DNA from: Podarcis tiliguerta
Lineage: Eukaryota
Assembly (NCBI GenBank): GCA_965153285.1
Contig: OZ229113.1
Reading direction: 5' to 3' (one strand)
DNA length: 64,000 bases
The notes under the pieces were generated by a model that was not told the DNA's origin, did not search any database, and saw nothing but the letters and a program-made list of their open reading frames with translations. Numbering within the stretch: position 1 is the stretch's first letter; every line of letters begins with the position of its first letter. Below are positions 52,550 through 64,000 of this stretch, piece by piece. Made by a program: the position numbers and the translations under genes.

Positions 52550-54939
52550 TATATAAATGAGGGGAGATCTTGGACATAGCAACAGGGGTTTTTGAGCTTT
52601 CTACTGAAATAGCTTGAGCTGCTGAAGAAATAAGCTTTTATTCTGATTACTTTACTACTTCAGTGCTTCCTCCTGTTATTTAGCATAGCGCTCTATTATT
52701 TTGCCTGTGATCTAGGGGGTCATGCTGTTTTCCAGGTTGCAATTTAAGATGATTAAGGTCAGCATGTTATGCGCAAGTGCATGGCAGTGTTCTTGCACAG
52801 TTCCTGTTCATTTCAATTGTGCTCAGAGAGAAGAACTTCTCCAGCGAATGCAGCACTATTGTGAAAATATCTGGGATGGGGGTAGCTGAGCTTTTATATC
52901 AGATAAGCATAAGCCCTCTAAGGCACAAATAACAGAACTACGGTTTGTCAGCAGTGGATCTCTGGAAAGGTGAACACTGGCATTATCTTTTGAACTGCCC
53001 AAAGAGCTTCAGCAGCTGGGCAGTATAGAAATGAGGTGGTCTTTAAAATATATTTAATACATACATATACCTTCGGGGAATTTCTTCAGATAACCAGTTG
53101 TATTTTTGGAAAGTTTTCAAACCAGATGCCTTTTTTGCTGCGATCCACCAACCAAGTAAGACCATTACAACAAGTTGGCTTAGTTAGAAAAACTCTGTAC
53201 AATAAGTAGTGTAATATGGACTGAACCACTGTTTACATTTTTGAACTAGAAAAGACTCAGTAGAGATGCTTTGCTTTTTGTCCCTGCCAAGTAATGCCTG
53301 CTTTTCCAACTTGTTTTGGCAATGCACGCAGTATGGTTGTGGAGCATGAGTGATATAACCTTACTGTGTGATGTTTGAATCCATGATTCCACTTTTCATT
53401 CATTTACTTCTTAGCTAGGTGAAACAATTGGACTCCTTTGTACAAAACAAATCAAAACAGCACATTTCCTCACCCCCGTGTCTGCTTCTGCCATCCACCC
53501 AAAACAGTGAGATAAATATTATTTCCAAGCTATTTAAAGCTGCAATCCTGTATTCTACACTCACAGTATGAACTCCCCTTCACCACTTGTTACATTATGG
53601 ACATACATATAGCAGCAAGTCAAATGCCGGCTCAGCAAATTGCTTTCCCTGACAAGAAGATGATGTGTCAGCCCTCTTCCATGCCTCTCCCTTGCGCATC
53701 AGAGGAGCTGCATGCCATTTATTTCCCCAGTTTTAAAAGAGGATAGATGTGACAATGCATTCATCTTACATCTTACATTTTACATCTTACATAAAATAAA
53801 CGTTTTTAAAACAGTTGCAGAACTGAATGCATGCACTGTGTTAGTGATATTATTGGTAAAACCAATACAAGTAGTTTTTATCTCATTTACTCTGTACAAT
53901 GTGAGGAGCAGGTCTAACAGAGAACACACGCCAGAGAGTAGCAGCACTAGCAAGCCACTCGATCTCTCTTCGAAAAGTCATATTTGCCTTCACACAGAGC
54001 CAGACACTCAGTAACTTCATTGGTGGTAATTGAATAAGCAACTTGACTCAAAACCAAAACTCTACAGTAAAATCATGCAGTGCAAAGACACACAATATTA
54101 TTTCAAAGTGCAAGCGTGCAAAATTTTGAATGTTACCCCACAGAAACAAATTATTTGCAATCAGGGAGAGGGTGAGGCTACAAACTTTGCTCCCTGGTGT
54201 GCTAATTTATAGATTTAGTGAGTTTTGTTTCTTTTTTACTTTCCTTTTTAAAAAGGTTTTAAAAAATCATGAAAGTGCAGTGCTTTGAACCACATTGGAT
54301 TGCCCCTGTCTTTCAGTCTGAAGTGCATCTTAATTTTGTTAATGTGGCAGAAAAGGAAGAGAACAATTGTTAAATTGAATATACATGCTGTGTCTTTGGA
54401 GACACACAAACACAATTTTTAAGATTATTTTGTGTTCTCATCCTCCGTCCGTCATTCTAATTTAGTAGGTGAGCACCAAACTGAGAACATGGAGGGCGAT
54501 TTGATAGAAGGGAGCATGGGTGGGAATTAGAATGACAAAGTCTAGAAATGTGCTTCAAAATTGAAGAATCAACATAGGGAAGAAAAAAGTGTGTGGAAAA
54601 CAGAACCTTGCTCCTGCTGACAATCTAAACAAATAGTCCTGCTCTAGTCTTGCATGCAATAGTTGGTTAATGCCCACATGCACCCAAAGATGTGTCTAGC
54701 CAGTTCAGTGGAGACCCAGTGAGTATTATGAAAAAGATGGACTTGCCCATCTGCTTTAGCTGCATATATCAAAACCTGTTTCTGACTGCAGATCTTCATT
54801 ATGGGATTGGGGCAGATAAGTGGAGGGAAGAACAGGCCATACAAGCCCCTGCTTGACATGGATAGGTGAAACATTGATCTACCTGTTTACCCAATGCCAG
54901 TTAAACGGGGGGGGGGGGGGGGATAGAAAAGAAATTTAG

Positions 54940-55010
54940 CAATCTTCCTGAGATGTAAGCCCATTGACTTCAATGGAACTTACTCCCAGGTAAGTGCACA
55001 TAGGATTGCC
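54940..55010. mobile_element. Short palindromic interspersed element (ccattgacttcaatgg family); similar relics near 4900-5010, 15255-15340, 19340-19460, 21195-21270
   Basis: gcaatc...gtaagcccattgacttcaatggaacttac...gattgc symmetry. Confidence 0.55.
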
Positions 55011-56168
55011 ACCTCAGATTCCCTTGGCCCATGACTTGCATTTTGTATACCATGATGTTACTTAATGTAAAAAATAATAATAAGAAGAAGACAGTTGTGT
55101 TCACTTGGAACATTTCCAATATAATTATTTACTACTCAACAGTTATTATTCCTCAGTAGTTAGTAAGCACATATTCCTGCTATGTGTGTATGATGTGGTC
55201 ACTATGGATTAGTAATAACATGGTTTGAAAGCATTGCATAAATAATAACAGTTCATGTGGGGGGTGTACTCCTTCCATGTACCAGTACAGGGTAGGCAAT
55301 ATTTTACAAAAAGGTATGTACATGTTCACTGGACTGGTGAATGAATACATTTTCTCAACACATTCTTTTACAAGGGGGGGGAAAGCTGCAAAATTCAGAT
55401 ATTCATTCTATTTCAATCCTGTTGCTATGTATTTATCATGTAAGTAGTTTAGATAAAAAGATTCTATGCATTTATCTGAGATATTTTGTCTACTTTATAT
55501 CTACCACTCGGCTGGAAATTCACTAAGCACATGTATAGCAAAGTAATGCTTCGGTTTGGATGGTGAAAGCCAGGCTTGCAAATACCGACTGGCCCAGTTG
55601 CCTTTGATGAATTGGAATTGCTTGCAGGTGATTGCACAGCAAAACATGACAAACTTTGCTTCTTTTATACCACAAATGTGTGGGCAGGTGGGATGATACA
55701 AGACAAAACAAACCCCATATATGTGAATTAGGACATTTCCTAGACTTATTTGCAAGGCTGGTGAAAGCTAATGGCTGACCTTTATAAAATTGATATTTGT
55801 ACATTATAATTTAAATATTGACAGAAGAAAAGATATAAGGTTTTAAAAATCACTGTATTTACAAATTGTACTACATTCCATTTTTTGCTTCATTTTGTTG
55901 AACACTTTAAATGTAAAGCAGTATGCCTCTCATGCCTGTCAAATCAAAACCCTATTTATTTACAATATATCTCTATATCTATATATAACCTAATGTAATT
56001 GCAATTTTATCTCATTCATATAATTGTATATATTTATATTCTGTGACTTTTAAAGTCTGTACTGAAACTTAACTTTGCTTAAATGTGGACTTCTTTCAAC
56101 TTATATTTTTTAACTGATGATTTTAAGGCTATGATCATTTACTAAATGTACCTTGGGGAAAAATTCAC

Positions 56169-56174
56169 AATAAA
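56169..56174 (+). terminator. Candidate polyadenylation signal
   Basis: AATAAA with upstream TGTA elements and a downstream GT/T-rich tract, at the end of a 3'UTR-like AT-rich block. Confidence 0.5.
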
Positions 56175-58386
56175 GTTTCAGAAGTTGTTTTGTACAATGT
56201 TGAGGCTTTGTCTTGAATTTTTATTTTTATTTTTTGAGAATTTGAGTTGGTGTGATACAATGGGCTGGAGAGACCTAGCAGTCTTTTCTGAATTGCATAC
56301 ATAAATAACTCGATATTGAAATGGCATAAATGTGGTGTGTCATACAATGACTGACTATTCAGTCAAGTGCTGTCTCATTTTACGTATGGAAACCTGGCAC
56401 CCTCTTGACTCCAACAGCACTTTTTGAGAAAATGCAAAAGGTCATAACCTAAAATTCTTTGTAGCTCAAGGTGCATGGGTTGAGATACACAAGAGTACTC
56501 AGTATGAGCACACAGGCTTGTAACCCTACGACAGAACTGTTGTTGATGCTCCCAGTGCATCCTCAGAACAAAATCATGCTGGGTTTCTGATGTAGGTCAG
56601 AATGGATGCAACCCAGAGGACTCCATATCTAAAGACAAACCCCACACATCCATGTACAGCACTTGATTTCTCTTTACTTGATCATTCAACACTTGAGTGA
56701 GCTCCTTCAGATAGCCTAAAATTCCCCAGGTGGAACAGCCTTGTAGATACAGTCATGTGGAGAAAGTAACACATGAGGCTGGCTCAGTTACGTTGATGGC
56801 CAAATTTATGCCATTTGTGTGAGCATGTGGATTCACATAGTGAGCCCACACCCATATCTGAGTCATTGATGGGAAGTGGTGCCCTGCCAACAAAATCGCC
56901 CTGGTTCACACATTACTTTCTCTAACTACACAAGGGCTGGAAAGATTCTAGAGCTAGGGCTAGTTCACACATGGACCTGTTATATTTTCCGAAGCAGAAT
57001 AAGAAGCTGGGGTGTCTAGTGGTCATGGGGCGACTGGGTGATTTGCACACATAAGTTTGACCTGTTACAGAGACTTGGAAATGTGTTCAGCGATGGTGTC
57101 TATCTATCACAACACAACACACATCTGAAGTATTATGGGGAATACCCACAACAGAGCAGAAATATAGAACAAGTGAGGATAAATAATTGTTGGATATAAT
57201 CTTACAACCTTTACAGACTCATTGGATGATATCCAGTGTTAGTCATATTCAGAGTATACCCACTGAAATAATAGACCTAAGTAATTGATTGCAGTGGATC
57301 TGCTCTGAGTATGTCCTAGTTAGCTATCACCTATTGTTTGATTAAGTGTGTAAAGTAAAAAAATAGCAGTGATGGTATACACCTACGAAGTGGTACCATT
57401 GACCTAGTGAAATTGAGCACCCTGTAACCCAACAGAGGTGGATGAGTTTTGAAGGGTACAAGACACTGTCCATGCCAAGTAAGCACTGAGGAAGCAAGAG
57501 AAGATGTCCATAGAAGAGACCTCTGCCCCCTGGGGTTCAAAGGGACATCTGGAGTGTGAGGTTATGGCTGAAAGTCCATAGGCATGTCAAGTCCATTCCT
57601 GTGGGATGGCAGCTTCCTTAATGGTAAGATTTCTTTCACTAAATGAATAGTTAGAGGTACCTGGAGTGAAGGTGACAGGATTGGTGAGCCATGTGCAAGA
57701 CTGATGTGAGGTTTAAGAATCTGAGGTTAAATTTCATTTTTTAACTGACCTAATAAGACAAATTAAAATATGCACTTTAATAGCAAAAGTTATGCCTTCA
57801 TTGTGTTGACTTCAATATCACTACTATAGTAGCAGAATTTATTATCAAAATTACCACATGGGAAACATTTTTACCATGGGAGCCTCCTCCACCTTCCTAT
57901 TTAATGTCACCAGTGTTGGCTCTGCTACAGATGCTGCACCACACAACCTGCATAGATACAGTAGAGGTAGAGAGGGAGTCCTTTACGCTAGGTGCTGTGG
58001 TTCTTTGGAAATATTTTCATACAAAACCTTGCCATTCCTTGCTTGCTGGAGACCCAGAAAAACGTAAGCTTTTAAGGAGTAGAATGTGACCTAGCCTCGA
58101 GTTGCCGCATTGTAGTGCTATGCTGATTGTTGGGAGCTACCTTAGTTTTACAAAGGTGGGAGAGAAATGCTTTCAGCCAATCAGTAATCCTAGTGCTAAC
58201 ACACAAATAGTACCCAAATAAAAATACAGAATAGGAATATTTATCCTTGATACAGAGAAAGGTGTGGCCTGGGAGAGGAACTGGGAACACTGCATTTAAA
58301 CAGGGCCTGACCTGCTTCTGAGGTAATGCATTGCTACTTATTAGCGTTCAATCTCGCCTTCCTTAGTACAGCAGAAATTACCAATA

Positions 58387-58601
58387 CAGTGGTACCTCGG
58401 GTGACATACGCTTCAGGTCACAGACTCAGATAGTACCTCAGGTTAAGAAATTTGCTTCAGGATGAGAACAGAAATTGTGCTCTGGTGGCACGGTGGCAGC
58501 AGGAGGCCCCATTAGCTAAAGTGGTGCTTCAGGTTAAGGACAGTTTCAGGTTAAGAATGGACCTCTGGAACGAATTAAGTACTTAACCCGAGGTACCACT
58601 G
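58387..58601 (+). mobile_element. Tc1/mariner (Tigger-like) MITE, copy 3
   Basis: Highly similar to copies 1 and 2; TA TSD. Confidence 0.9.
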
Positions 58602-58974
58602 TAAAAAGAACCAATCTTACCATTCACTTCTTGAACAAGCGAGCATACAGATTGGTTGCTATAACACTGGAAACCTCTTGGGTTGCAACTAAATATGACC
58701 TATAATCTCTGACCATGCTATCCACATACACAGTTATGCAATTACCTGATTAGAGAGAAGAGGGGAAACTGTGAAATTAGCAGATTCCTTCCTTCTTGAC
58801 TCTGTATATATGCAAGGATACTGAGCAGGACCCTTTACTTTAAATTTACTATCCCAGAATTTAGGGATAGTAGTTACTGGGGTAACCATGTGTTTATATG
58901 GGACAGAAAGAAAACATATGAACTGTTTGAGTGATAGTTATACATACTTGGAATATTCAACAATAATACATGAC

Positions 58975-59104
58975 CTATGATGGGTGGATCACCAGAAGCT
59001 GTTGGAATACAACTCATATCAGTCCCAGCCTGCACAGACAGAGGTCATGGATGATGGGAGTTGTAGTCCAGCAACATCTGTAGGGCCACAAGATAGTCAC
59101 CCTG
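58975..59104. mobile_element. Older palindromic hAT-type MITE
   Basis: ctgttggaatacaactc...ggatgatgggagttgtagtccagcaacatctg. Confidence 0.6.
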
Positions 59105-60799
59105 ATCTATAGTGTCATTTAATAAGGCTTGGTTTCAGAAGTTACAGATTTTCCTTGTGGTTCTTCCTTATACATAGAAAAGCTATCTAGGTGTTTGATA
59201 AAGGGTTACAGATTCAGTTTTAAAAGACTGAAAGCATATATCTCATCATATTTGCCTGTATTCAGTCAAGATTTCATTTGTAAGTAAGAGTGCCTATAGA
59301 TAGGGGCTTGATGTCACAAACAGATCATTGAGAAAATGTGAATGAATGGTTTTCTTTTTTTAATGTATCAGATTTTCCATGGGAGGTGTAAACTGAATAA
59401 ATGAAGGGAAAAGCTATGAACTGGCATTTTGACACTGATTATATGGCGATATTGTGAAAAATGTATACTGTATGCATGACTACCACAGTGATCGCATACA
59501 AAACACCCATCTGGAAGCACCCTAAGGCAACAGAAATGTTAGCAAACCTTTTAAAATTCTGATTCAATTTTTTAAAAAACAATTTCTAGTTTGAACCACT
59601 ATAGTTAATATCCACTGACATATTCATGCTACTAATACATTTATTTCTCAAACGTGTTGGGATCATGAAAAATGTCTAGCTATTTACAACAATTATAGAA
59701 TTGTATTCATTCTTTTCATCTGAAGTGGGCTTAGTATTGCCTTAATACATATCAGATTTCTTCCTCAGATCAATTTGACAGATGGGGTAATAAATCAGAT
59801 GTCACAATCTATGCAAACAAACAAGAGTGTGCTCCACATATTTTACTATTATTTCATCATAGTTTATGTGGAAAGAACTTGTTATCTTGGAGAATAAAAT
59901 CTAAGATATCTCTTTTCTTTCCTGAGAAAGTTGTAATATGGTTTGGTACCACAACCCCGATTTTTGTGTGTTTGGTGTTTTATGAGAATGAGAAGTTGTG
60001 CATACACCTTTCCAAATCACTTGCATGGACTATCTTTACATATCTTTGTGAATATACATGTAGAGCATCTTTTATGCAAAGGGAACTCGTGGACAGCAAG
60101 GTGGGGCTTGTTGTACAACCCCATGAACCCACCTAATGCAATCATTGAACATGTGGCGGTCTTCTAAAAAAGCCCTCCATGTTTTTATGCACCTTCTGGG
60201 TTCTAATTCAAGTGCTTCCTTGATCTTTTAAGCAAAAGTCACTTTGTTAATTTCCGGTCTTTTGATGATGTATATTCATCTACATCAGGAGATGGTTGTT
60301 TGTCCCTCAGATTAGAGGTCAACTAAATACTGGTCTGTTAGGCAGTTTCATGTAAATTAATTATTTGTGTTATATTTGATAAGGGGAGAGTCTTCTACCT
60401 TTCAGAGTGCTGGAATATCTACAGTATATGCAGCACTGTTTGTGATAAAACAGTTTGAAACTCAAGTGAACTCGTCAGCAACTGTTTTCATGACAGAATG
60501 TGCTTCATAAGTGGAACTTAAATGTTTTCATCTTTGAAGACTGTTTCTCCTAGATTGAATGCATGGAGAGTATTTGCAGCAGGAGCATGATCCTCTTCAT
60601 TCTTGCTTGTTCACTTTCATTTCATAGAGGGGGAAATATTTGTACTTGTAGGCACTGGCAAGCTGACTTTAGTCACAGCGGGGCAAAACACAGTGTGTTT
60701 TGGCAACCCCTGACAAAAAACATACATTACAACTTTTAAATAGAAATTTATGGGGAAATTAGATGTCATCTCACATTATAGAGTTGCACAACTATAATT

Positions 60800-60801
<2 letters not shown>

Positions 60802-60855
<54 letters not shown>
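60802..60855. repeat. (TAT)n microsatellite
   Basis: Directly visible. Confidence 0.95.
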
Positions 60856-61201
60856 TATTACATAGCTGCAGGCTCCCAGTAAATGTATTTTCCATTGTTT
60901 TCTGCTTTCTGTACATTAATCAATAACTTTATTGTTATGGTTATGACTTGAAAATATGGGGCTAGGTCTGAGGGCCACACATGTATATTACAAAGAGAAG
61001 CTTGATTTGTGATCCCAGGGCTTCCCTATAAAACTGTATGCACACACTTGGAATCTATGGAAAATATTAGTTAGCCTAGTTGACCTAAAAAGGGTCAAAC
61101 CTGTATTATATTTCAAACTTTGTCAGCCAGATGCACTTGGTAGTGGCCCTTAGTCCAGATTTAGTAATGAATGTAAGTAAGTAATGAATCGGTGGTCTAT
61201 A

Positions 61202-61202
<1 letters not shown>

Positions 61203-61237
<35 letters not shown>

Positions 61238-61241
61238 ACAC
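61203..61241. repeat. (CA)n microsatellite
   Basis: Directly visible. Confidence 0.95.
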
Positions 61242-61747
61242 TATCTCTTGAACTCTCTGGGAGCAGTCTTTTGTCTTTCCAATCTGCCTCCTGAGGGGAA
61301 CATTTTAGGAAGCACATTCATTCTTCTAAATTGCTGAACCACTCCCATCGTAGTTCATATACACTGGAGTCATCACTGCTATTATGTCCACTTGATTACA
61401 GAGCCAACCATATGTGAGGGGGTTGGGGAATCTTGGCCTTGGGACCAAACAGTACAATCCTTAGGAATATAGAAGTTGGCCATTCCTCTGGGCAGTAGCG
61501 GCTGGCAGGGTAGCCTTGATCTACTGGTTTCCCAACACCACACGTCATGGTTAGTTACCAAGGCAGTGGGGTGCTTGGCATGGCATAAGCGCAGTTGCGT
61601 GGGCTTGACTGCCGCCCCTGCACGGTGCTGAGCTTCCCACTGCCTGCCCACCAGCCCACCAGCCCCACTGGTAATTGGAAGTGATGCAGGGTGCTGGGGC
61701 ATCAGTACAGCAATGGATCCCCACCCCCACAGCCCTGTTGGCCACTG

Positions 61748-62746
61748 GTGTTGTTGGCGTTCATTTGTCTCAAGAGATAATGGAGTGTGCTTCCGGGGAT
61801 GAAGTCAAACCGCTGTGTTAGCAGCACCAAAGTGACTTCCCCAAGCACAAGCCTGGGTAGTGTGTATGGAGGTCCTGGGCTGCCCAGGTGACAAGACCCG
61901 CCCACCCCCAGTCTCACTGATGGTGTCCACAGGAAAGCAGAGCAGTACATTTGGCACCAGCTTGGCTGAAGGAGTTGCTGGAAAGAGGTGTACAAGGAGC
62001 CATCCAACCACCTTAGGGTCTCCACTCTGGATCTGTGTAGGGTTTACCCTTTAGCATTTTTTTTCTCCCAGAGATATCCCGCCAGGCAGCAGAGGTTGAG
62101 GATCAGAGTTTTCCTTCAGCTAGATGGGCTGTCTTCCCAGGTTGGCAAGCTCCATCTGCACCTCACTTCCCTATTTAGCATGTGTAAGGTAAAGGTAAAG
62201 GTACCCCTGCCCGTACGGGCCAGTCTTGACAGACTCTAGGGTTGTGCGCCCATCTCACTCAAGGAGGCCGGGGGCCAGCGCTGTCCGAAGACACTTCCGG
62301 GTCACGTGGCCAGCGTGACATCGCTGCTCTGGCGAGCCAGAGCCGCACACGGAAACGCCGTTTACCTTCCCGCTAGTAAGCGGTCCCTATTTATCTACTT
62401 GCACCCGGGGGTGCTTTCGAACTGCTAGGTTGGCAGGCGCTGGGACCGAACAACGGGAGCGCACCCCGCTGCGGGGATTCGAACCGCCGACCTTTCGATT
62501 GGCAAGCCCTAGGCGCTGAGGCTTTAACCCACAGCGCCACCCGCATCCCGTTTAGCATGTGTAGGAACCTGGTTTAGCTGGTCAGTTGAAGCCATTCTCA
62601 GGGTACAGCCACTGTCAGGTGTGGACAGCTTCTAGGGGCCACAGGTGAGAGCAGAGTGGGGACCAAAGGTGGACAAACTACACCAGAAGGAGCATGACGT
62701 GTCCCACACCAGAGGTGCTACCCCTCCCCTAATACCCCATACGCCC
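61748..62746 (-). mobile_element. Non-autonomous RTE-derived element (RTE-like 5'UTR joined to RTE 3' tail), split by a Sauria SINE
   Basis: Minus-strand 3' end ctccattatctcttgagacaaatgaacgccaacaac matches the RTE tail at 6584-6620; 5' part ggggtagcacctctggtgtggg...gtccacctttggtccccac resembles RTE 5'UTRs; no RT coding sequence. Confidence 0.7.
62187..62549 (-). mobile_element. Full-length Sauria SINE, young insertion
   Basis: Minus strand starts GGGATGCGGGTGGCGCTGTGGGTTAAA, perfect B box GGTTCGAATCC (62475-62485), ends (ACCTTT)n; perfect 13-bp TSD TTTAGCATGTGTA (62174-62186, 62551-62563); CpGs largely intact. Confidence 0.95.
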
Positions 62747-64000
62747 TCTGCTCTGGGAGTACACAGGCAAGGCCTGAAGGTGATGGCTATCCCTTACCAT
62801 TTGATAAGCTGCCTCTGTGTAAATTTTTCTTAGCAGACATGGAAATACCCCTGTGATGGGCCTATTCTTCATGGTTTTAATATGAAAATGTAGCAGTGGC
62901 TCCCACGGAAGTAGCTGCTGCACAAGCCTGGTACAAAATTGCACAGGCATCTCGCTCCGTCCCCATCACGATCTGGCAGGGATGGTACCTCCTTTTTCCT
63001 CCCCATAAGAATCAGTGGGTACACATGCACATTATTCCACCTTATAACTGTATCCTTTACATGCAAATAATTTTAAGATTATTTGGTAGTTCATTAATGA
63101 AAACAGGAACCAGTAAAGCATGAAAGACATGAGTAATTTGAAACCACCTATTCATGTCTATAAGAGCCAGCCATTTAATGTAGTTTTCATTTCCTTTTTT
63201 GCAAAACCCTTTACGAAAAACAAAATGTTTCTATCAATAAGCCATTTAAATTAGTAACCATTACCTAACTATATTTTCAGTGCTAAATTTTTTCAAAATA
63301 ACATACATCCAAGCTTTTTCCATAATGCTTTTTTCTATCACATTTCCCCCCCCCCTCCTTTTAGGTCACAATTCACTGTCTTATCAAAAAGAGTGGGTGG
63401 ATTAAGATTCAGTTGCATGATAAAATGCTAAATGGAAACTTCTCTGTGCTGCTTTGACTGCAGCCAGAAATGTGGTAATTAAAAATTGAGAAGAACCTAA
63501 TCCTTTTTTTTTCTGAATCCAAGTGGCTCTGCCAGCTTGTAGCGTAAGTAAGTATGGGGTTGATTTTACCCAGTGACAAAGCTGTTTAGATGGATCATAA
63601 AATATATTTGAGAAAGATGGTGACAACTGATGGATCCTATTCCAGGCATGCCATGTCTCCCTTTCTTTTTAAAGTCAGGCCATTATTTTAATGATGTATT
63701 TTAGTCCTTTAATCCTTCATCTTGAATATGTTAACTATAAACCAGCGAGTGATTCTACTCACTGCTACCTCTACAAAATGCCCTATTTCATAAATAATAC
63801 TCACATTATGTTTTTGATTGTTTAAGCCAATTCAGGTACATTATCTCATCCTTGCTCCTACTGCCTTATCAAGTAGGTGTGTCTGACTCTAAAATAAAGG
63901 GGCTTCCTTAAGGCTACCTAGCAATGAGATTTTCTCTGAGGGAATTCTGGCTTACAGAAAGCACCTAAACCTGGCCCTCACACAGGGAGCAATCCAAACC

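Larger units (their letters stand above)
12666..64000 (+). other. PCDH9: PCDH9 intron 2 (5' part); may double as the 3'UTR of a short isoform
   Basis: No further PCDH9 coding exon (e.g. RRVTF motif) recognised; sequence is AT-rich and TE-interspersed; delta-1 protocadherins have very long introns after the ectodomain exon. Confidence 0.8.

Noticed and set aside
49458-58601. CRISPR-like or tandem array from recurring cttcaggttaagaac units
   Set aside because: The units are internal subrepeats of dispersed MITEs in a vertebrate genome; there is no repeat-spacer periodicity.
12666-64000. Downstream PCDH9 coding exons (CM1-CM3, RRVTF)
   Set aside because: No matching peptide was seen; they are expected far downstream of this window.

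Overview
Vertebrate genomic DNA, very probably from a lacertid-type lizard (inferred from a full-length Sauria SINE, a tRNA-Lys/CR1-tail SINE and squamate-type L1/L2/RTE/hAT/Tigger-like repeats). The window holds the 5' end of protocadherin-9 (PCDH9, + strand): a CpG-island promoter (~6.9-8.2 kb), non-coding exon 1 (~7332-8155), intron 1, and the large exon 2 (from 9434; ATG 9567) encoding the signal peptide, seven cadherin repeats, TM helix and proximal cytoplasmic tail. A 212-N gap (12449-12660) hides the end of exon 2. The remaining ~51 kb is the start of intron 2 with many short transposon relics; no downstream PCDH9 exon or other gene was recognised. Most interesting: (1) the PCDH9 frame crosses the gap and ends at nAC-TAA at codon 1032, as expected for a short intron-read-through isoform; (2) a TE-poor, 3'UTR-like block with a canonical poly(A) signal at 56169, hinting at a very long alternative last exon; (3) a 5'UTR with several uORFs; (4) a non-autonomous bipartite RTE element hosting a young Sauria SINE; (5) palindromic elements with mirrored arm changes. 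No prokaryote-type systems (CRISPR etc.) are present. Repeat family names come from motif recognition, not database searches.
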